The notes: generated from the letters alone by a model not told the origin. Positions 11,831 to 26,410 are shown, counted from the first letter of the stretch. The stretch is 64,000 nucleotides of DNA from Camelus dromedarius (GCF_036321535.1 NC_087438.1:8186001-8250000); one strand, 5' to 3'. Translations and numbers: made by a program.

Positions 11831-14239
11831 TTATGCCCTTCAACCTTTGACCCCATCGTTTTCTCCCATCTGCAGCAATGTGTACACTTGGGGAAATCCC
11901 TGAGACTTTTCTTACTTCAAAGTTCAAAAATATGACGGTGGATCTGCAAAGGAATGGAAACCTATCAGCTAAGTCCCACGAGAGAGTGGTTCCTAGCCCA
12001 ACACAGACGCATGGAAGGAAGCATGGACGGTCGAGTTTACAGACACAGGGATGGCAGCGAAGTCCAAACTAGCTGGGGGGTTCTGAGTAACATGAGAAAA
12101 ATGGGAACACTGTGACCCCGGAAAGTATGCGCGGGGGTGAGTTGTCTAACGTGCATTTCCACGCGGCCCTGATGGCTGGGCGGCTTCCAGGTGCATGTGT
12201 GAATGTGAAACTCCCTTAATGCAAACTTCAGCAACTGAGCAGACACGGGTGAAAAGACAGGGAAGTGAATCAGAGAGCCAGCGAATCCTACGTCTTAGTT
12301 CATCATTTCCCTGACTGGGACCGGGGAGCAGTGTTCTGCAAGACATGAATAGCTGCTCTGTGACATGGCCATGGATCTTGGGGACTCAGAAGGCACACTT
12401 AGCATTCCTGCTGCAAACCAGTGGGCTTAACTGAGTTGCAGACCAGTTCTGCTCCTAACTTTTATCTTATTTTCATCTCCACCCCAGTCCAGGAGATCAG
12501 ATGTGGATCTTCACTGTGGAAAGAACAAAGGATGTGATAAAAGACCATGTTTAAAAAAAAAAAAAAACTACCAGAGTGCACAATTCTAGAAACTTCAGTT
12601 TCACAGAGATCATTTGAATTTAGTGATTCATATGCATAACAGCAAAGCATTGGGTTTTTTGATTCCAAAAACTAGCTCTTCATGCAAACACTGTGTCCTT
12701 AACTGAGCCATGTCACTTTGTTCAACTTTGTTCATTTATGTGGTAGAGATTACTGGTCTGACTCAAACATTTGTTATAAAAAAGAAAGAAGGTAAAAGTT
12801 AAATGAGACAATACATGGGACGTGCTTAGCAGAGGGCTTGACACGGATGAAGTAGATATTGTAAGTTTTGTTTTTATTATTGTTACCTTCCTACTTGGTT
12901 TACAGAGTTAAAAAGCATCAACTATTTAGAGGACAGGAATGCTGCCAGTGAGAAAAAAAACTTTGTCTTCCAAACATGACGACCAGAGTCCTAAGATGTT
13001 CATTTAAATCTTATCTTTGGAAACAGTCGTAAATTTGCCACTTTAGAAAAAAATAAGCAATGTCTTAAGTTCTACTTGGCAGCAGTCAATGGAAAGTTAT
13101 CGCTTTGCCTAATTAACTACAATATATTGCAAAATAATGATATTCATCTTTTTTGTACTTTTTCAAAGCCAAGAAGAAAAACAACAGATAAGGTGATAGA
13201 CTCAAAGCTGCCCAACCTTCCTGTCCTTCGTGGGCATATACTGTGAGATAACCTCTCTCTCAGAATGGAAAATGTTTCCAGATAGTTCTTTTCTTCCTCC
13301 ACCAGGCAAGGAAAGCACCTCTTCTGCACATACCATGAGTCCCCATACTTGCAGACAGACATTAGAAGAGACTTCATTTAAAACTTCGAAACAAATGACA
13401 ATGACAGTAAAATCATTCTAATATAATTTCTAAGCCACACAGGAGTTGTGTGCACACTTGCCAGAGTGTAGGTGGTCAATACTGTGTTTCTGTTTAATAT
13501 TTTATGGCTTTACATATACATTTAGGTGAATATCATGTTGCAAGTCCCCTCAAATGAATTCAGATTCTGCATTCTATTCCTCACCTTGCACAAACCTTGT
13601 GGCCTGCGTACAGACAAAGGGTCTGATGGTTAATACCTCAAGCAATCTCAGAAGATATTGCAATATTGCAAAGTTTATGCTCTGAATTTTGATGCAGCTG
13701 AAGCTTTCTCAAACAATAATATTTACCCATCATTTTGACAAGATCACCCAACTGGAATGGACAAGGCTCTTAGGCCCCTCTGACAACAGATTTAACGGTC
13801 TTGCTTCCAGTACCTCTTGCCCTCAAAAGTCCACTCTATAAATACAGTCGGAGGGCGCCTCCAACATGGGTGAGACACGTTCCTCACTCACAGCCTGATA
13901 AAAGCTCTTCATCTCACTCAGAGCACAGCGCTATCTCAGGAAACAATACTCTAAGAAGGAGCAGGAAATAGATGACCTGGGGAAGGAAGTCAGTGGAATA
14001 AAGCAAAGAAGAAAGCTTGGAATTTATGGCTAATATTTGTCACGTGTTTTCTTAATTGCCCAGCCAATGTCTGAGCTTGATTTACATCAGAATAACCTAA
14101 ATGTTGAGACATGGATTTTATTCATATTTTAATGCTGAGAAGTGTATGTATGAGAACCCAAAATATACATTTTCTACTTTTTTCTACTATGCTGCCCCCA
14201 TTAATTGACTAATGTTCTATCCCCAGAAGTGGCCTTGAT

Positions 14240-14630
14240 GCGTTTCTCTAGCTGTCCCTAAATCTGGCCCTCATTCCAGCCAAGCTGGTCTCCAGTAAGT
14301 GCCTCAGGGCCTTTGCACTTGCTAGTACTTTTCCCTCAGACATAGCTCACTCGCTCTCTTAGCCCTGTAGGGCTCTGCTCAAATATCATTTCACCTTAGC
14401 TGACTCTTCTATATAAAATAGCACCCCTTCCTTTACTCTTTCCCCCTGTTCTGCTTCATTGTTCTTTACCGGCTCTTCAATTTTCTTTCTCCCCCCGCTA
14501 GGTGTGAACTTCATGAAGTCAGGAACTTTGCTTGTTTTGTTTACTGCTGAATCTCAGGCCCTAGAAGTTTGTGGCACAAAAGTGCCACTAAATAAATATG
14601 TGTTGGATCGACATGCGTGAATCAATAAAG
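14240..14630 (+). mobile_element. L2 LINE 3' region
   Basis: gcctcagggcctttgcacttgct...ctctgctcaaatatcatttc...gtttactgctgaatctcaggccctagaag...aataaatatgtgttgga. Confidence 0.8.
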
Positions 14631-15405
14631 TGAAGGATTTTCAAATTTCATCTGCACGAGGTCGAATATGCATGCAAAGTGCATGTTGTGCATAAGGCAC
14701 AACAGTCCCAACCTCAGGCCAAACCCAGCCCTTTCACAAGAACTTGAGACTAAATGTAAAAATAAATCCAAAGAGTGGGAAACAGGACCGGCAGGAGGAG
14801 ATCCACCAGGACTTAAGAGTCAGAGGCGATTCGTCAACCTCTTAGCTACTAGATCTAGGAGTGTCTCTGCTAGTCTGGCTTCAAGAACTCTGTGATTGAC
14901 TTTTCCCAGGGGTGGACTAAGCCTGGAGACAAGGGGTCAAGGTTGCTGTGGAGTCTGTTCCCCTGCCCTTTCAACGTGGCTGACCTAACTCATCTCGAGC
15001 ATGCTCTAGCCCCCATGAACTTGTATAATAAAATCACTGAACTTCAAAACTGGAATGGACTTTTTCCCATTGAGCCAACAGCTAGTAAGGAAACAAGAGA
15101 GTGATGCGCTAAAGCATTCAAATACTTGCACTCAAGAATTATTCTCCAAGAAATAATTTTAGATGGGAAAGAAATAAGGACTGTGTCGTTGCTTCTGAGA
15201 GATGCTGTGTAGCATCTACACGAATTCATGGAAAAGCTTTAAAATTTGCAGAAGAGTAAAGGGATATTAGTATCAGTGTTTCATTGTTATTTGCTACCCT
15301 GGTTATACCGAGTCCTGAGGTCTGGGCCGAACTAACAAATGCTAACAGAGGAAGACAAGGGCAGGAGGTAACTGACACCCCAGGAGGGTGACTAGATCAT
15401 GGTGG

Positions 15406-15742
15406 TGTCTTAGTCCATTGGGGCTGCTGGAACAAAAATACCACAGACAGTGTGGCTTATAAACAACAGAGGTCTATTTCCCACAGTGCTGGAGGGTAGA
15501 AGTCTGAGGTCAGGCTGCCAGCATGGTCGGGTCGGACTTCTCATGTGTCATAAAGCAGAAGGGATGCGGGAGCTCCCTGCAGTCTCTTTATGAGGGCACT
15601 AATCCCACTCCTGTGGGCTCCATCCGCATGACCTCAGTGGATCCCAAAGGCCCCACCTCCAAATCTCCTCATACTATCATATTGGGGGTTACAATTTCAA
15701 CTTATGAATTTGGGGGGAGACACCAACATTCAGACCATAGCA
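15406..15742 (-). mobile_element. MLT1A-like solo LTR with 5-bp TSD
   Basis: tgtcttagtcc...cattcagaccatagca; TSD ggtgg (15401-15405) / agtgg (15743-15747). Confidence 0.9.
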
Positions 15743-17698
15743 AGTGGTTTCAAGACCTCCACAGAGGGTCACTGAAATTTGACCTTGCTGACAAACACCC
15801 TGCTCCTCACTGTAACCCAGGGACATCTAAACCCACTTCTGCAAGTTGTGCCCACTCATACCAAACAGAAAGCATGATTCTAGGCCAAGAGCAGAGACGT
15901 GAGGGCTAGAGAGAGCATAGTCCTCACTGTAAAGTCCAGGCTACTCAAACCTCGCTTTCAACGACGTCTTGGGCAGAGGGCGACGGTGCTCTGCCTTTCC
16001 TCCTCCAGGCAGGCGTGGCTTCCTGGCACTCAGTTTGGATTTGATCTATTACAAAGCACTGATATCTGCCAAACTTCTCTCAGCATGATCCTTGGCCTCG
16101 GCCTCTCCTGGCTTCCCTGTTCCTCACTGCCCATTTTCTGGCACGGCAGTGGGCAATCTTCACCATCTGCGGTCTTAGGATAGTAGAGATGCATTTATGG
16201 AGGAAACGTACTATTTAATTCTTTTCCTTCAGAATAATAAGCTGGATATTGAAATAGGCTACAATGAGGGAAAAACATGTCAACATGAAAACTGAAGCAA
16301 AAAAAAAAAAATCAAACGAAAAAAATGAAGTTAGAAATATAAATGGGAAACAGATTCCATTACTGGGTCTTGGAAACATAACTGACTTTTATATCATGAA
16401 GCATTTTTTTTAAATAATTACAGATGTCATCAAAGAAATGAGCTGCTACAATTCCAATCTATGTGTTTCTTAACTTTGGTCTACAGCAAATAAACGACCA
16501 CAGTGTAAGGAAACAAGCCAAAGGACAACAAAATTAACTACCTAGAAACTGCCCGGGTCCCATGTGGACTCTGCATGGATCTCCCCCTCTCGGTGTTTGC
16601 CTGCTCTTCAGTCTTGATACCAAGTGTGGACTATCCATCAATCTTAGTCCTACATTTAAATCTCATTAAAAATCTGTTTGCCATTCCTCACAAAGATTAA
16701 TCGTACAAGTCCAACATAATAGCTTTGCCAATTTAAATGCTCCCACTTCGCCGTTTCATTTCAAGTGTACTGTAATTATGTTATATTGCTTCTGGCCAAG
16801 TTAGAAAATTTATTCAAATAATAACCCTATTTTTGGTAGATGGCACACTCCTAGGGTGATTTCTCATGTTAATTATGCACAAAACTTGAAAATGTACTTA
16901 TAAGTGTCTGAAGAAGTAAGAGACTATCCATCCATCCATCCCTTAAACCTTGTGGTTATGTAAATATCCTTAAATCTATTAAGAAAGGCTTATTATTTAC
17001 TTTTTAGGTGTTTTGGCTTTTGGTACAACCACTTTTTGTATCTTTCACCTGTATTTTTAGAAGAAATTTACACCAGAAATCTCATTCGTTTGCTCAGGCT
17101 TATAAACAAGTTCCCAGTTATGTGTTTCAAGAAATCACTGGTGCTCACTCCATCCTAGCAAGTTAGAGAGAGAAGCAATTCTTGGCATCGTTCTCATCTT
17201 CCACTTTCTGACGTATCCTTTTCCAGCATTAAGTCAGAATACAAACCCTTTGCATAGCTGTACTAGATACTCAAGAAAGCATATACAGATGTGTTTACAA
17301 TATTAAAAAAATTAATTTTAAGGATCCTTTTTTTTCTTTGTCATGCAAATAGCCAACATTGACTCAATTTCTTTTCTCTTTGTTTTTTGAACGAATTGGA
17401 AAGCACTGAGCAAAGGAGGTAGATGTTTATGAGGTCAAGCTAAGCTTCAGCAGCCAGAAAAGTTCCCTTATTAAAATAATATTTGTAAATGAGAGAGACC
17501 GATTTCCGGTTTTCTTTTCCATCCTAAATTGATGGGTGAGGCAAGCTTTACAGAGATGGCCAAAATTAATTAGAACCAATTTTAATTAATTATTTTGAGT
17601 CAATTTTTGTTAAGTAGAGGTGACTCAGAACTAAAATTCACTTCTGAGACTGTATCTCAGTAAATGATTGAAAAACTAAACTGTAAAATATGGTGGAT

Positions 17699-18455
17699 TT
17701 TTCATTCATTCATCAGATATTTATTGATTCCCAACAACGTGCCCAGGCCTCTTTCAAGGTATTGGGAAATTCAGTAGTGAACCAAACAGACAGAAATTCC
17801 TTCCTGTGTAGTTGAGAGAAAAAGATAATAACTAAGTAAATAAATATACAATGTGCTAGAAGATGATGACAAGGAAACAGGAGTATGTAGCATCGATTCA
17901 GTTCTAAATAAAGTACTGTTGGGTCTTCACTGAGCACATGGTGAGAGGGAGCAGGTGATGAGACACGAGGAGATCCCCAGGCAGACAGAAGAACATCTTC
18001 AGTGTCCCTGAGGGTAGAGAGCACCCTGAGGGCCGCGTGCCTACAGCTCAGGGAGGGGCTGAGCATCAGAAGCTGAGCTCAGTGGAGCAACCGTGTTCCA
18101 GCCAGGTGGAGCGTGGTCCAGCACTGCAGGAACTTTGATGTTTACTCTGAGTATCCTGAAGGGCATTAGCCGTATTCAAACCAGGTAGTGAAGTGATCTA
18201 ACTTATGCTTTTAAGGATCAGGATGACTTTGGCGTTGAGAAGAGACTGCTGGGGAACTGAAGCTGGGAGGCTGGGAATGGGGCAAAGGTAACAATTTATG
18301 TGCAGTGGGGTCATGGACCAGGCAGGTAAGGAGGTGGTGAGAGATGACTATTCCTGGCTAGATTATGTAAGTAAGATGGCAGGATTGGTAATTGGCTAGA
18401 ATATGAGGTTTAAGAGAGAAAAAGAGTCAAGATTGACTCATATGCTTTATTAACT
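17699..18455 (-). mobile_element. L2 LINE 3' region
   Basis: Starts ttcattcattcatcagatatttattga (reverse of the L2 tail) and continues with L2 body (ttttaaggatcaggatgactttggcgttgagaagagactg). Confidence 0.85.
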
Positions 18456-21400
18456 AAAATTATAGGAATATTCAATCATGGGTTTGATGTAGGTGTTCAT
18501 TCATTGTGACTATATTTACTATGAATTCCTAATAACATGAAAGAAGGAAGTCTTTCTTTAATTACCTTGACTACAGGTGGGGATCCCAAGATGATTTCTC
18601 CTTGTATGCTTTGCTTCCCCTCATTAAAAAGATATTTCTCTCTTTTTCCTCCCAAAATATTTCCCTTAGACTTCATAATCATCTCAACAGATCTTTTTTG
18701 TCTTTCAGAGGATATATTTTTCTTAAATAATTATGTTAAAAATTACTAAATACATTTTACATTTTCACATAATTACTGTTAACAATGTTGTTAGTCTGCA
18801 TAATGCATACTTTTAATCCTATTCTTTCTATGAACTAAATTTAATCTTCCCATTAAGCTGTAAAATATTCCAAAAAAAAAAAACTCTTTCACTATGTGTG
18901 CTCACTCAGAGTTTTTCTTGAAATAGTAGAAAATACCCCAAATCCCAGATTGTTCTTTTTTTTGCATTCTTTTCCCGTCTGCGTCGTTACTTTCACAAAG
19001 TAAATACAGTTAATGGGCTGTTCTCAATTGTATGGATGGATATGCATATTTTAGCAAATGGTAAAAATTCGAAACATAATCAATGTAGCAACTGTGCACC
19101 TGGACATTCTCACATTATCTGTGTCCCAATTTTCAAATGTAAGGATTAAGCACACAGAAATGAGACAGCTTTCCTGTCACCTTTATTTTTGCCAAACTGA
19201 CTCAAACGAAGATCACTTTTGACTATGCGGTTCCTGATCTGTAATTATTTCAGTAGCGGCTCCCAAAAAACTCAGAGCTATCACACAACATCTGTTTCTC
19301 CTTCCAGAATCATTCACACTCTGAAAATATTAAAACCGATTAAAGTGATTAAATAAAATTTAGCAGGCTGGTCCAGTTGAGCCTCTTCAAAAATATTGGA
19401 GAGAAGATGACCAAACCCATCTGGCATTTGTTCATGTTTCTTGGAATTTCATTATTAAAATGTGGGTGCTGTGGTGGCATATGGTGGCTTCCTCACACAG
19501 AATGTGGTCGAAGATAGCAGTCAACTTCAATGCACAAGTGCAGATGGCCATGTTTGAGTACCCTTTCCCTAATGGCAGACTTTATGGAAACAGTTTAAGA
19601 GCACCACTAAAAATGAACTTATGGAACATCTATTCTCTAATTTCAAAAGATAAAACAATTTTTAAAAAGAGACTGTCCTTTCCTACAGCCATTCACCTGG
19701 AAGGTAGCTCATTGGAAGAGAGACTATCACTGAGCTCTGGACCTTTTATCAGGATCCTGTATCCTGATGCTCGCCGTCAGTTCACTCAGGAGTTCCTTTA
19801 GGTCCACTGTCTTCGAAAAATAAATTGAAGAAAACTTGGCAAAACAGACAGACTAGTTAATATTTTCCAAAATCTATAATCCAATCAACACCAGATTATG
19901 ACGCAACACATTTAGAGGAAGTTCTACAGACCCAAGTGCAAAAATCACTAAGAACAATCAGAAAATTTCATCTCCTTTCTCTTCCTTTTTCAAAATGTTG
20001 AAATTATCAGCTACCGTCTTTCATTCTAATTTGAAGCACTTAAAAAAATCATGCCTCTGACAACGACGGTTAAACAATTACTTGCTAAAGAGGGTACCTA
20101 CCCGTAGCTCCCCAAGCTACTGACAAGATGACATCGCCAAGGCCCTTGCTGGTTCTGTGAGACCAGCAGTATGACAGTGACCGATGCCTTCTCATCCACT
20201 TGCTTTCCCCCATCAACCAACCAATTCCTTGTGACAGCCTCTTTTTTGTCCCCCAGCAAATTATATTCCATGTGATAGTCAGGTTTCCACACACTGCAGC
20301 AGAAATGGTGCACAGATAGAATGAACAATGAGAGAAAACGGTGCTACAACAATCTTTCTGGGGTCTAGGAATCCTGAGCGTGGTCATGAAGTAGGGGCTG
20401 GACATAGCAAGAGTACAAAGCTGACAAAAAGACCCTGCTGTCCAGGCTCAACGGTGGTATTATTCACAAGGGCACTGACTGAAGCCATCCAAAGAGCGCG
20501 GGCATAAGCTAATCCACAGGGCTGGTGCCCCGCCATCGCCTGTAGGAGGTCTGACCCATGGCCCCGATGCGCAGGAAGTGTCTGCAGATCCAGCAAGTAT
20601 GGACTCCATCAAAGGGTGAGGAGAGGCTCTCCAGGCTTACCTGCTCCCACTCCAGACAGAAGGTCACTGAGATCATGAGATCGCCTCCTCCTTTACCTCG
20701 CACCTTCCCCTTCCTGCATGGCTTCTAGTTCTCCTGGCTTTGGGATGGGCCAGCCTTGAGAAGCCTCTCTCTCTGTCTGCCTCACTGGGGCCAGTCTTAG
20801 GACACGTCCAGGGCTGAGGACAGTCCTGACATGTGTGAGGGTCTCTGGGGGAAATGGCTATTGTTTCAGTTCCTATTCTCAGAGTTGGGCCAGTGTCTGA
20901 TACTGCTGACGGTACATGACTTGTAATACGTTCTGGCCTTTGCAATAGAATTCAGTTCGTTTTCTCTGTGTGTGTATGTATGTACAAAAATGAGTAAGTA
21001 GAAAAAATAAATAAGTACATTTTTACTAGATTTTTTTTAATAAGGTGATTGGGTTCCTGGGAGAATCTTTACTTACAGAGATGTTAAAGGTATTTAAGCT
21101 GTAGTTTTTGGGAATTTAGTTCCACTGAATTCTGACCAATTTGTTGTCTTGTCCAACCAACATTCCATTTTTTTTTAGATGTGCAGAAGCATTTAAAACT
21201 TTTAATAAGTATCTTTAAGCATCTAACACATACATGGTGCTTTCATGGGGCATAAAGATGAATAAGATGAACTTCCTACCTTTAAATTTAGTTCATAAAA
21301 AGAATAGGATTAAAAGTACACGTTAGCTCTTCGTGATACCATGCCACTCTTCTTATTTTAACTAAAATGTTTATAAATTTACTTTTTTATTAATTCCAAT

Positions 21401-22607
21401 TTAGAGTTGAAAATGTCTCAGTGTAAAACGCCAAGGTGGAATCATTTATCTACACCATGAAATGGCAAAGGCAACACACAGAAAATGAAACGCAAGGCTC
21501 AGCGCCCAACAGGAGAAAACCGCACTGCTCTGGTACTCCCCGGGTGCCAGGCATCCTGCAGTCAGGGTGGTCCCCCGCCTGCAGAGGAGGAAGTCAGAGC
21601 AACCTAACGGGCAATACGATCCTTTGAAATCGGAGTTTGTTGAGGATCAACCAGGTCTTCTGGCCAGTGGAGGTCAAGGCAAAAGGAAAAATGTAATTTC
21701 ATCATTGTGGGTCATAAAATAGAAAGTCATTCAGATGAATATTAAATCCACTGATGACACTCTTGGTGTTAAAAAGGGGATTATGAGGGACTTTTCAATC
21801 AAAATTAACTCACTCAGGATAAAAATTGGGGGAGAATGAAGCCATTTCCATGGTTCCATGGTGTAAACCACAGAAGAGATGACCCATCAAAAGAACAGCA
21901 AGATTGCAGATCACTGTCCAGACACAGGATCCACGCGGTCTGTCAGGTTGACCTGCTGTCCTGAAACATCCAAGGGGCACACAGACAGCACCTGAGTCAG
22001 CCAAACGTTTCCACGAGGCTTTAATTTTAGTGACTAGTTCATTTCTAGAAATTCGATTTGGCCCTTTCAAAAATTTTATTCTCTCTTATTTTATTGTTTC
22101 TTTCGGCTTGCTCTAGTCACTCAGATTCCTGGACTGCTCATCGTTTTGTTTGTTGAAACCACTGACTCCTTCACGGTGACTCATGGGTCTCGTCACTGAC
22201 ATTTTTTAACTCTGGGCTCACTGTTGGTGGAGTTTTCACTTCTCTCCTAAGGGATTCCCACACGAGCAGCTTTGGGGAAAGTCCGCGCAGAGAAGCGTTG
22301 CGTGGGCCTAAGCTGGGGTCCTCAGGGTTTCCAGACGAGGACTTCTGCAGTTTTTTCAGCACTGGTTTCTGTATGACACACACGCTGTGAATTCTGACCT
22401 TGCCCTCAAAGTCTGCTTTCTCAAAGGAGACGATGTTCCCCACCCCAAACCCAGAGAGGGCAAGCCTCTCTGTGGATCCCAGGCCAGAGGTTAGGACTTT
22501 CCACCTCTTCCCACAGCTGAGTTCTTTTGGTCTCCAGGCGTTGCACAAAGCCTCTATTCCAGCTCCTTCTCATCCAGCCTAAAACCGTGTCCTTCTCTTT
22601 GGGTGGA

Positions 22608-22990
22608 TTTCCAAGTCTGTTTGGGCTGCTACAACAAAGTGTCACGTACTAGATGGCTTATAAACAACAGAAACTTCTTTCTCATAGTTCTGGAGGCTAG
22701 AAGTCTGAGATCAGGGCGCCAGCACGGCTGGAGGCTGGTGAGGGCCCGCTTCCTGGCAGATGGCCACCTTTCTGCCATGTCCCCGTGCAGGAGAAGGGGA
22801 GAGGGGTCTCTCTGGGGCCTCTTTCATAAGGGCACTAATCCTATTCATGAGGGCTCCACCCTCACCCTCAAGGGGCCTTTAGTCCCCAGAGGCCTCACTT
22901 GTAAATACCATCGCCTTGGGGAATAGGTTTCAACATATGAATTTCCTGGGGTGGAGGCGCTGGGGGGACAAAAACATTCAGTCTACGGTA
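22608..22990 (-). mobile_element. MLT1A/B-like solo LTR
   Basis: gtctgtttgggctgctacaacaaa...ggcttataaacaacagaaac...aagggcactaatcctattcatgagggctccaccctca...acattcagtctac; approximate TSD gtgga/gtggg. Confidence 0.9.
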
Positions 22991-23974
22991 GTGGGCCTTT
23001 GGCATCTGTCCCCTTTCCTCTTGGGTTATATCTGGATCTTAAACTCGAAGCGTTGAGTTTAAGCTGCATCCGCTTCAAGTTCTCCTTTTCTGGTACCCGA
23101 TGTCCGTTTCTTTCCTCGGAGACAAGCTGTGTGTTGTATCTTCTGGTCATATTTACTGATGGTTTCTAGAGTTTCCGGAACCCAGGAAGAAGGCCAGCCA
23201 GCATCAGCTGGGTCAGCCACGTCACTGGAAGTCGGACAAATGGACTGAAGTAAGCACACGGAATCAGGACCCTCTTCACTCACTTTCAGAACAGACAGGG
23301 ATGGAGCTGCCGCATGTACTGGAACAACAGGGCACTGAAACCTGGATGTGTCTTCAGAGAAGTCAGTCCGTCCACTGACACTGCCCGCTACAAACAGAAA
23401 CGATCGTGCGGCTGACACAAGACAGCCTCCTAAGGATTGTGTGGTTAAGACCAGAAAACCCACAGCCACACGTTCAGGGCCAGCTGCTTGGAAAGTGCTC
23501 TGCCTCTGTTCCTTTCCACTCGTGACTTTCTCATCAGATTCTTTTTTTTCCTTTTTTTTTTTCCTTAATTAGTCTCATATACTTAATTACACCGTTTTCC
23601 TTTCTTTTGTAAACTTTCCCAACATCCCATTTTCAACTTGAAAAGCCCCGCAGTGGACCATCCCCTGCTTTAACTACCTCACCCCATTTAACCAGGGATT
23701 AAGCACTATTCATTCCCCTGCTCTAGAGTCTTTCTTTCCGCCTCCTATTCACTCTCACCGCTACTCCCCGGCCTAGGCACTCAGCCGTGTCTCCTCTGGC
23801 TTCTTCAATGCCCTCCCTGCTCCTTCTGCACATGAGCCTTCACAGGACTCCTAAGATTTATATTTTTCAACTCCATCCTTCAGAGGCTCCCAAAGACCAT
23901 CCAAGTATCCTCCAAATTGCTTAGTGCAGTGTATAATAATTTCATGTTACCCAACTCTGCACTTGCCCCCGCTT

Positions 23975-24545
23975 ATTTATTACACTAGACTTTTGAGAAT
24001 AGTTTTTGCTTTACAGAAAAATTGAGAAAATAGTACAGAGAGTCCCCACATACCCTGCATCCAGTTTTTTCCCTTATTATTAACATCTAATATTAGTATA
24101 GCCCATTTCTCACAATCATTAAACCAATATTGATACATTAGCAGTAACTAAAGTCCAAAGTTTATCCAAGTTTCCTTGGTTTTCCTCTAATGTCTTTTTT
24201 CCGTCCCAGGAACCCATCCACCAGGATCCACACCGCACTTAGCTGTCGTGTCCCCTGGGCTCCTCTTGGCTGGGACAGTTTCTCAGACTTCTCTTTTTTT
24301 GGATGACCCTGGCAGTTTTGATGAGCGCTGGCCTGGTGCTTTGTAGAATGTCCATTATCAGGATTTATCTTACTGTTTTTTCAAAATAAGGCTAAGATTG
24401 TAGGTTTGGGGGAGAAAGACCCCAGAAGGGAAGGGACCATTTCATCACATCAGAACAAGGGTCCACACCATGAGCCTGACTTAGGACTGCGGTGCTGATC
24501 TTCACCACTCGGCTAAGGTAGTGTTTGTTCGGGTTTCTCCCCTTC
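23975..24545 (-). mobile_element. L1MC-type 3' end
   Basis: ttacagaaaaattgagaaaatagtacagagagtccccacatacc...aaccaatattgatacatta...ctcttggctgggacagtttctcagactt is the antisense L1MC 3'UTR. Confidence 0.8.
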
Positions 24546-24799
24546 TTTTCAGGACTCCTGGTGTGTCCATTTGTCACTAGCGTCTTGGTCACACCTTAGT
24601 TCATGGCATACACATGGCCTTTTGCAAGGTCCTTCTTTTGTTCAATTTCACTTTATTATTTTTTCCCGTTCATCTTCTACCCCCACACCCATCCTGGCCA
24701 CACTTGCCTCAATCTATCCTCTCTAACATATTAAATATATACCCATCCTATTTATCTTCTCTATTAGATAAAAGGTGGAATTTCTGCGTGTATAATCTT

Positions 24800-25870
24800 A
24801 AAAACACAGACATGTTATAATACATCTTTAAAGAAACTTTCTTCAAATAACATTATGTTTTGGGGAACCATCCAGTTCACTACTTCCAGCCACTTCCTAA
24901 TGGTTCTCTGGATACATCAACCACATTTTCCTTTATCCGTGACTCAAATGATGGAGACCAGAATACTTCCAGCTCCCGTGTCCACACCAAATGCTTGACT
25001 TAACTCCTGGGATGAGCCTTTTCACGGTCCTGTGGAAGAAGGCCTCCCTTGTCTACACCCCGGGGGTGGAAACGCTGGGTCCTGGCACTGTCTGCCCTCT
25101 GGCTCCAAAGGGTCTGCACCTGTTTCAAAGGCATGTGAGTGCCTCTTTGCCCACATCCTCGCCAGGATTTAATATTATTTGACTTTCAAGTATCCCCCAT
25201 GTAGACGGGTATAAAGCAGCATATCCTTACTGCTCTCATTAGTATTTTTGACTATTAGTGTATTGATCAGGGTTCTCTCAACCCATGGCCAGTCAAGTTG
25301 ACACACAAAATGCTAGTAAGGTGTAACTTACTTTTACAAGTCTTAGCATCTGTTTTTCCCCCTACGATTTGCCTAGTCACCTCCTTTGTCCATTTTTATT
25401 TTGCATTTCGTGTTTTCTGCCCTCCTAGTGGATGTACAAAACTCCCTTGCGTACTCTGGACATGAGTCTTGCATCAGTTTTACATGCTGCAATTACCCTG
25501 TGCCAGATCTCGCCTTTGTTCATGGTGTCCTTACTCAAAGTAGCGATCTTTTATTTTGTTGTAGTCAAATACATCCAATTCTCAACTTACAGTTTGGTCT
25601 TTGTGGATCTCGTTTAAGAAAGATTTATCTTCCTCATGTTATTCAATATACTATTCTAGATTATGAATTGACAGAATTTGATACTGAGATAAAACTAATT
25701 TTTCTCCAAATAGTGAGCCAGTTTTCAACATCGTGCACTAACCATCACCTTTTAGCCTGTGACTTACGACGCCAAGATCACCAAATACAAAATTCCCTTA
25801 AGTACCCAGATATGATATTGGATTCCAGTTTGTTTGCTGTTAATCCATTTTTCTGTTAACCCATAAATAT
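24800..25870 (-). mobile_element. Old L1M fragment(s)
   Basis: Antisense L1-like sequence (ccacattttcctttatcc, ttgcccacatcctcgccagga, tttttctccaaatagtgagccagttttc). Confidence 0.6.
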
Positions 25871-26099
25871 TCATCATTCTCAATGCCCCTAATAAAACAT
25901 ATAATTATATAAGTTATAGTTAAATGAGCTTATGTTTTTCTCTTATCCTTAGATCTATACTTTATTTGTCTTTCAAAATCCAACCTGTGGATTCTTCTTA
26001 AACAGCCGTTTCATTTAGTTGTTTAATTCACTGAATGTTCAAATCCCCTACCTCCCTTGTTAACACTGAACCCCAAAAGAGCCCAAAACAGAGAGAAAA

Positions 26100-26410
26100 G
26101 GGTAAGGACTCTGATCTCAGACACCTGGGCTACTTCTTTGTCCCTTACTAGCTGCATGACCACTGGCCAGTCACGCAGGCTATTAGAGCCACGGTTTCCT
26201 CTTCTTATGGGGCAAAATAAACAATGGGACTAATGAACATTTATCGCATGCCCTACTGCATAGCCCTAGGAAGTAGCAAAGATTGCCATCATTTTATGGA
26301 CAAAAATTTGAAGTGTGTCCGAATGTGCACAGCTAATAAGTAACTGGTGGAGAAGGGGTTTGGACCCAGGATGCCTAAAGACAAAAAAAAGTGCTCCTAA
26401 TTTTACACTC
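26100..26410. mobile_element. Two MIR fragments in opposite orientation
   Basis: About 26100-26230 is sense (ggactctgatctcagacacctgggct...cttactagctgcatgacc); about 26230-26410 is antisense (ccatcattttatggac...gcacagctaataagtaactgg...gggtttggacccagg). Confidence 0.6.
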
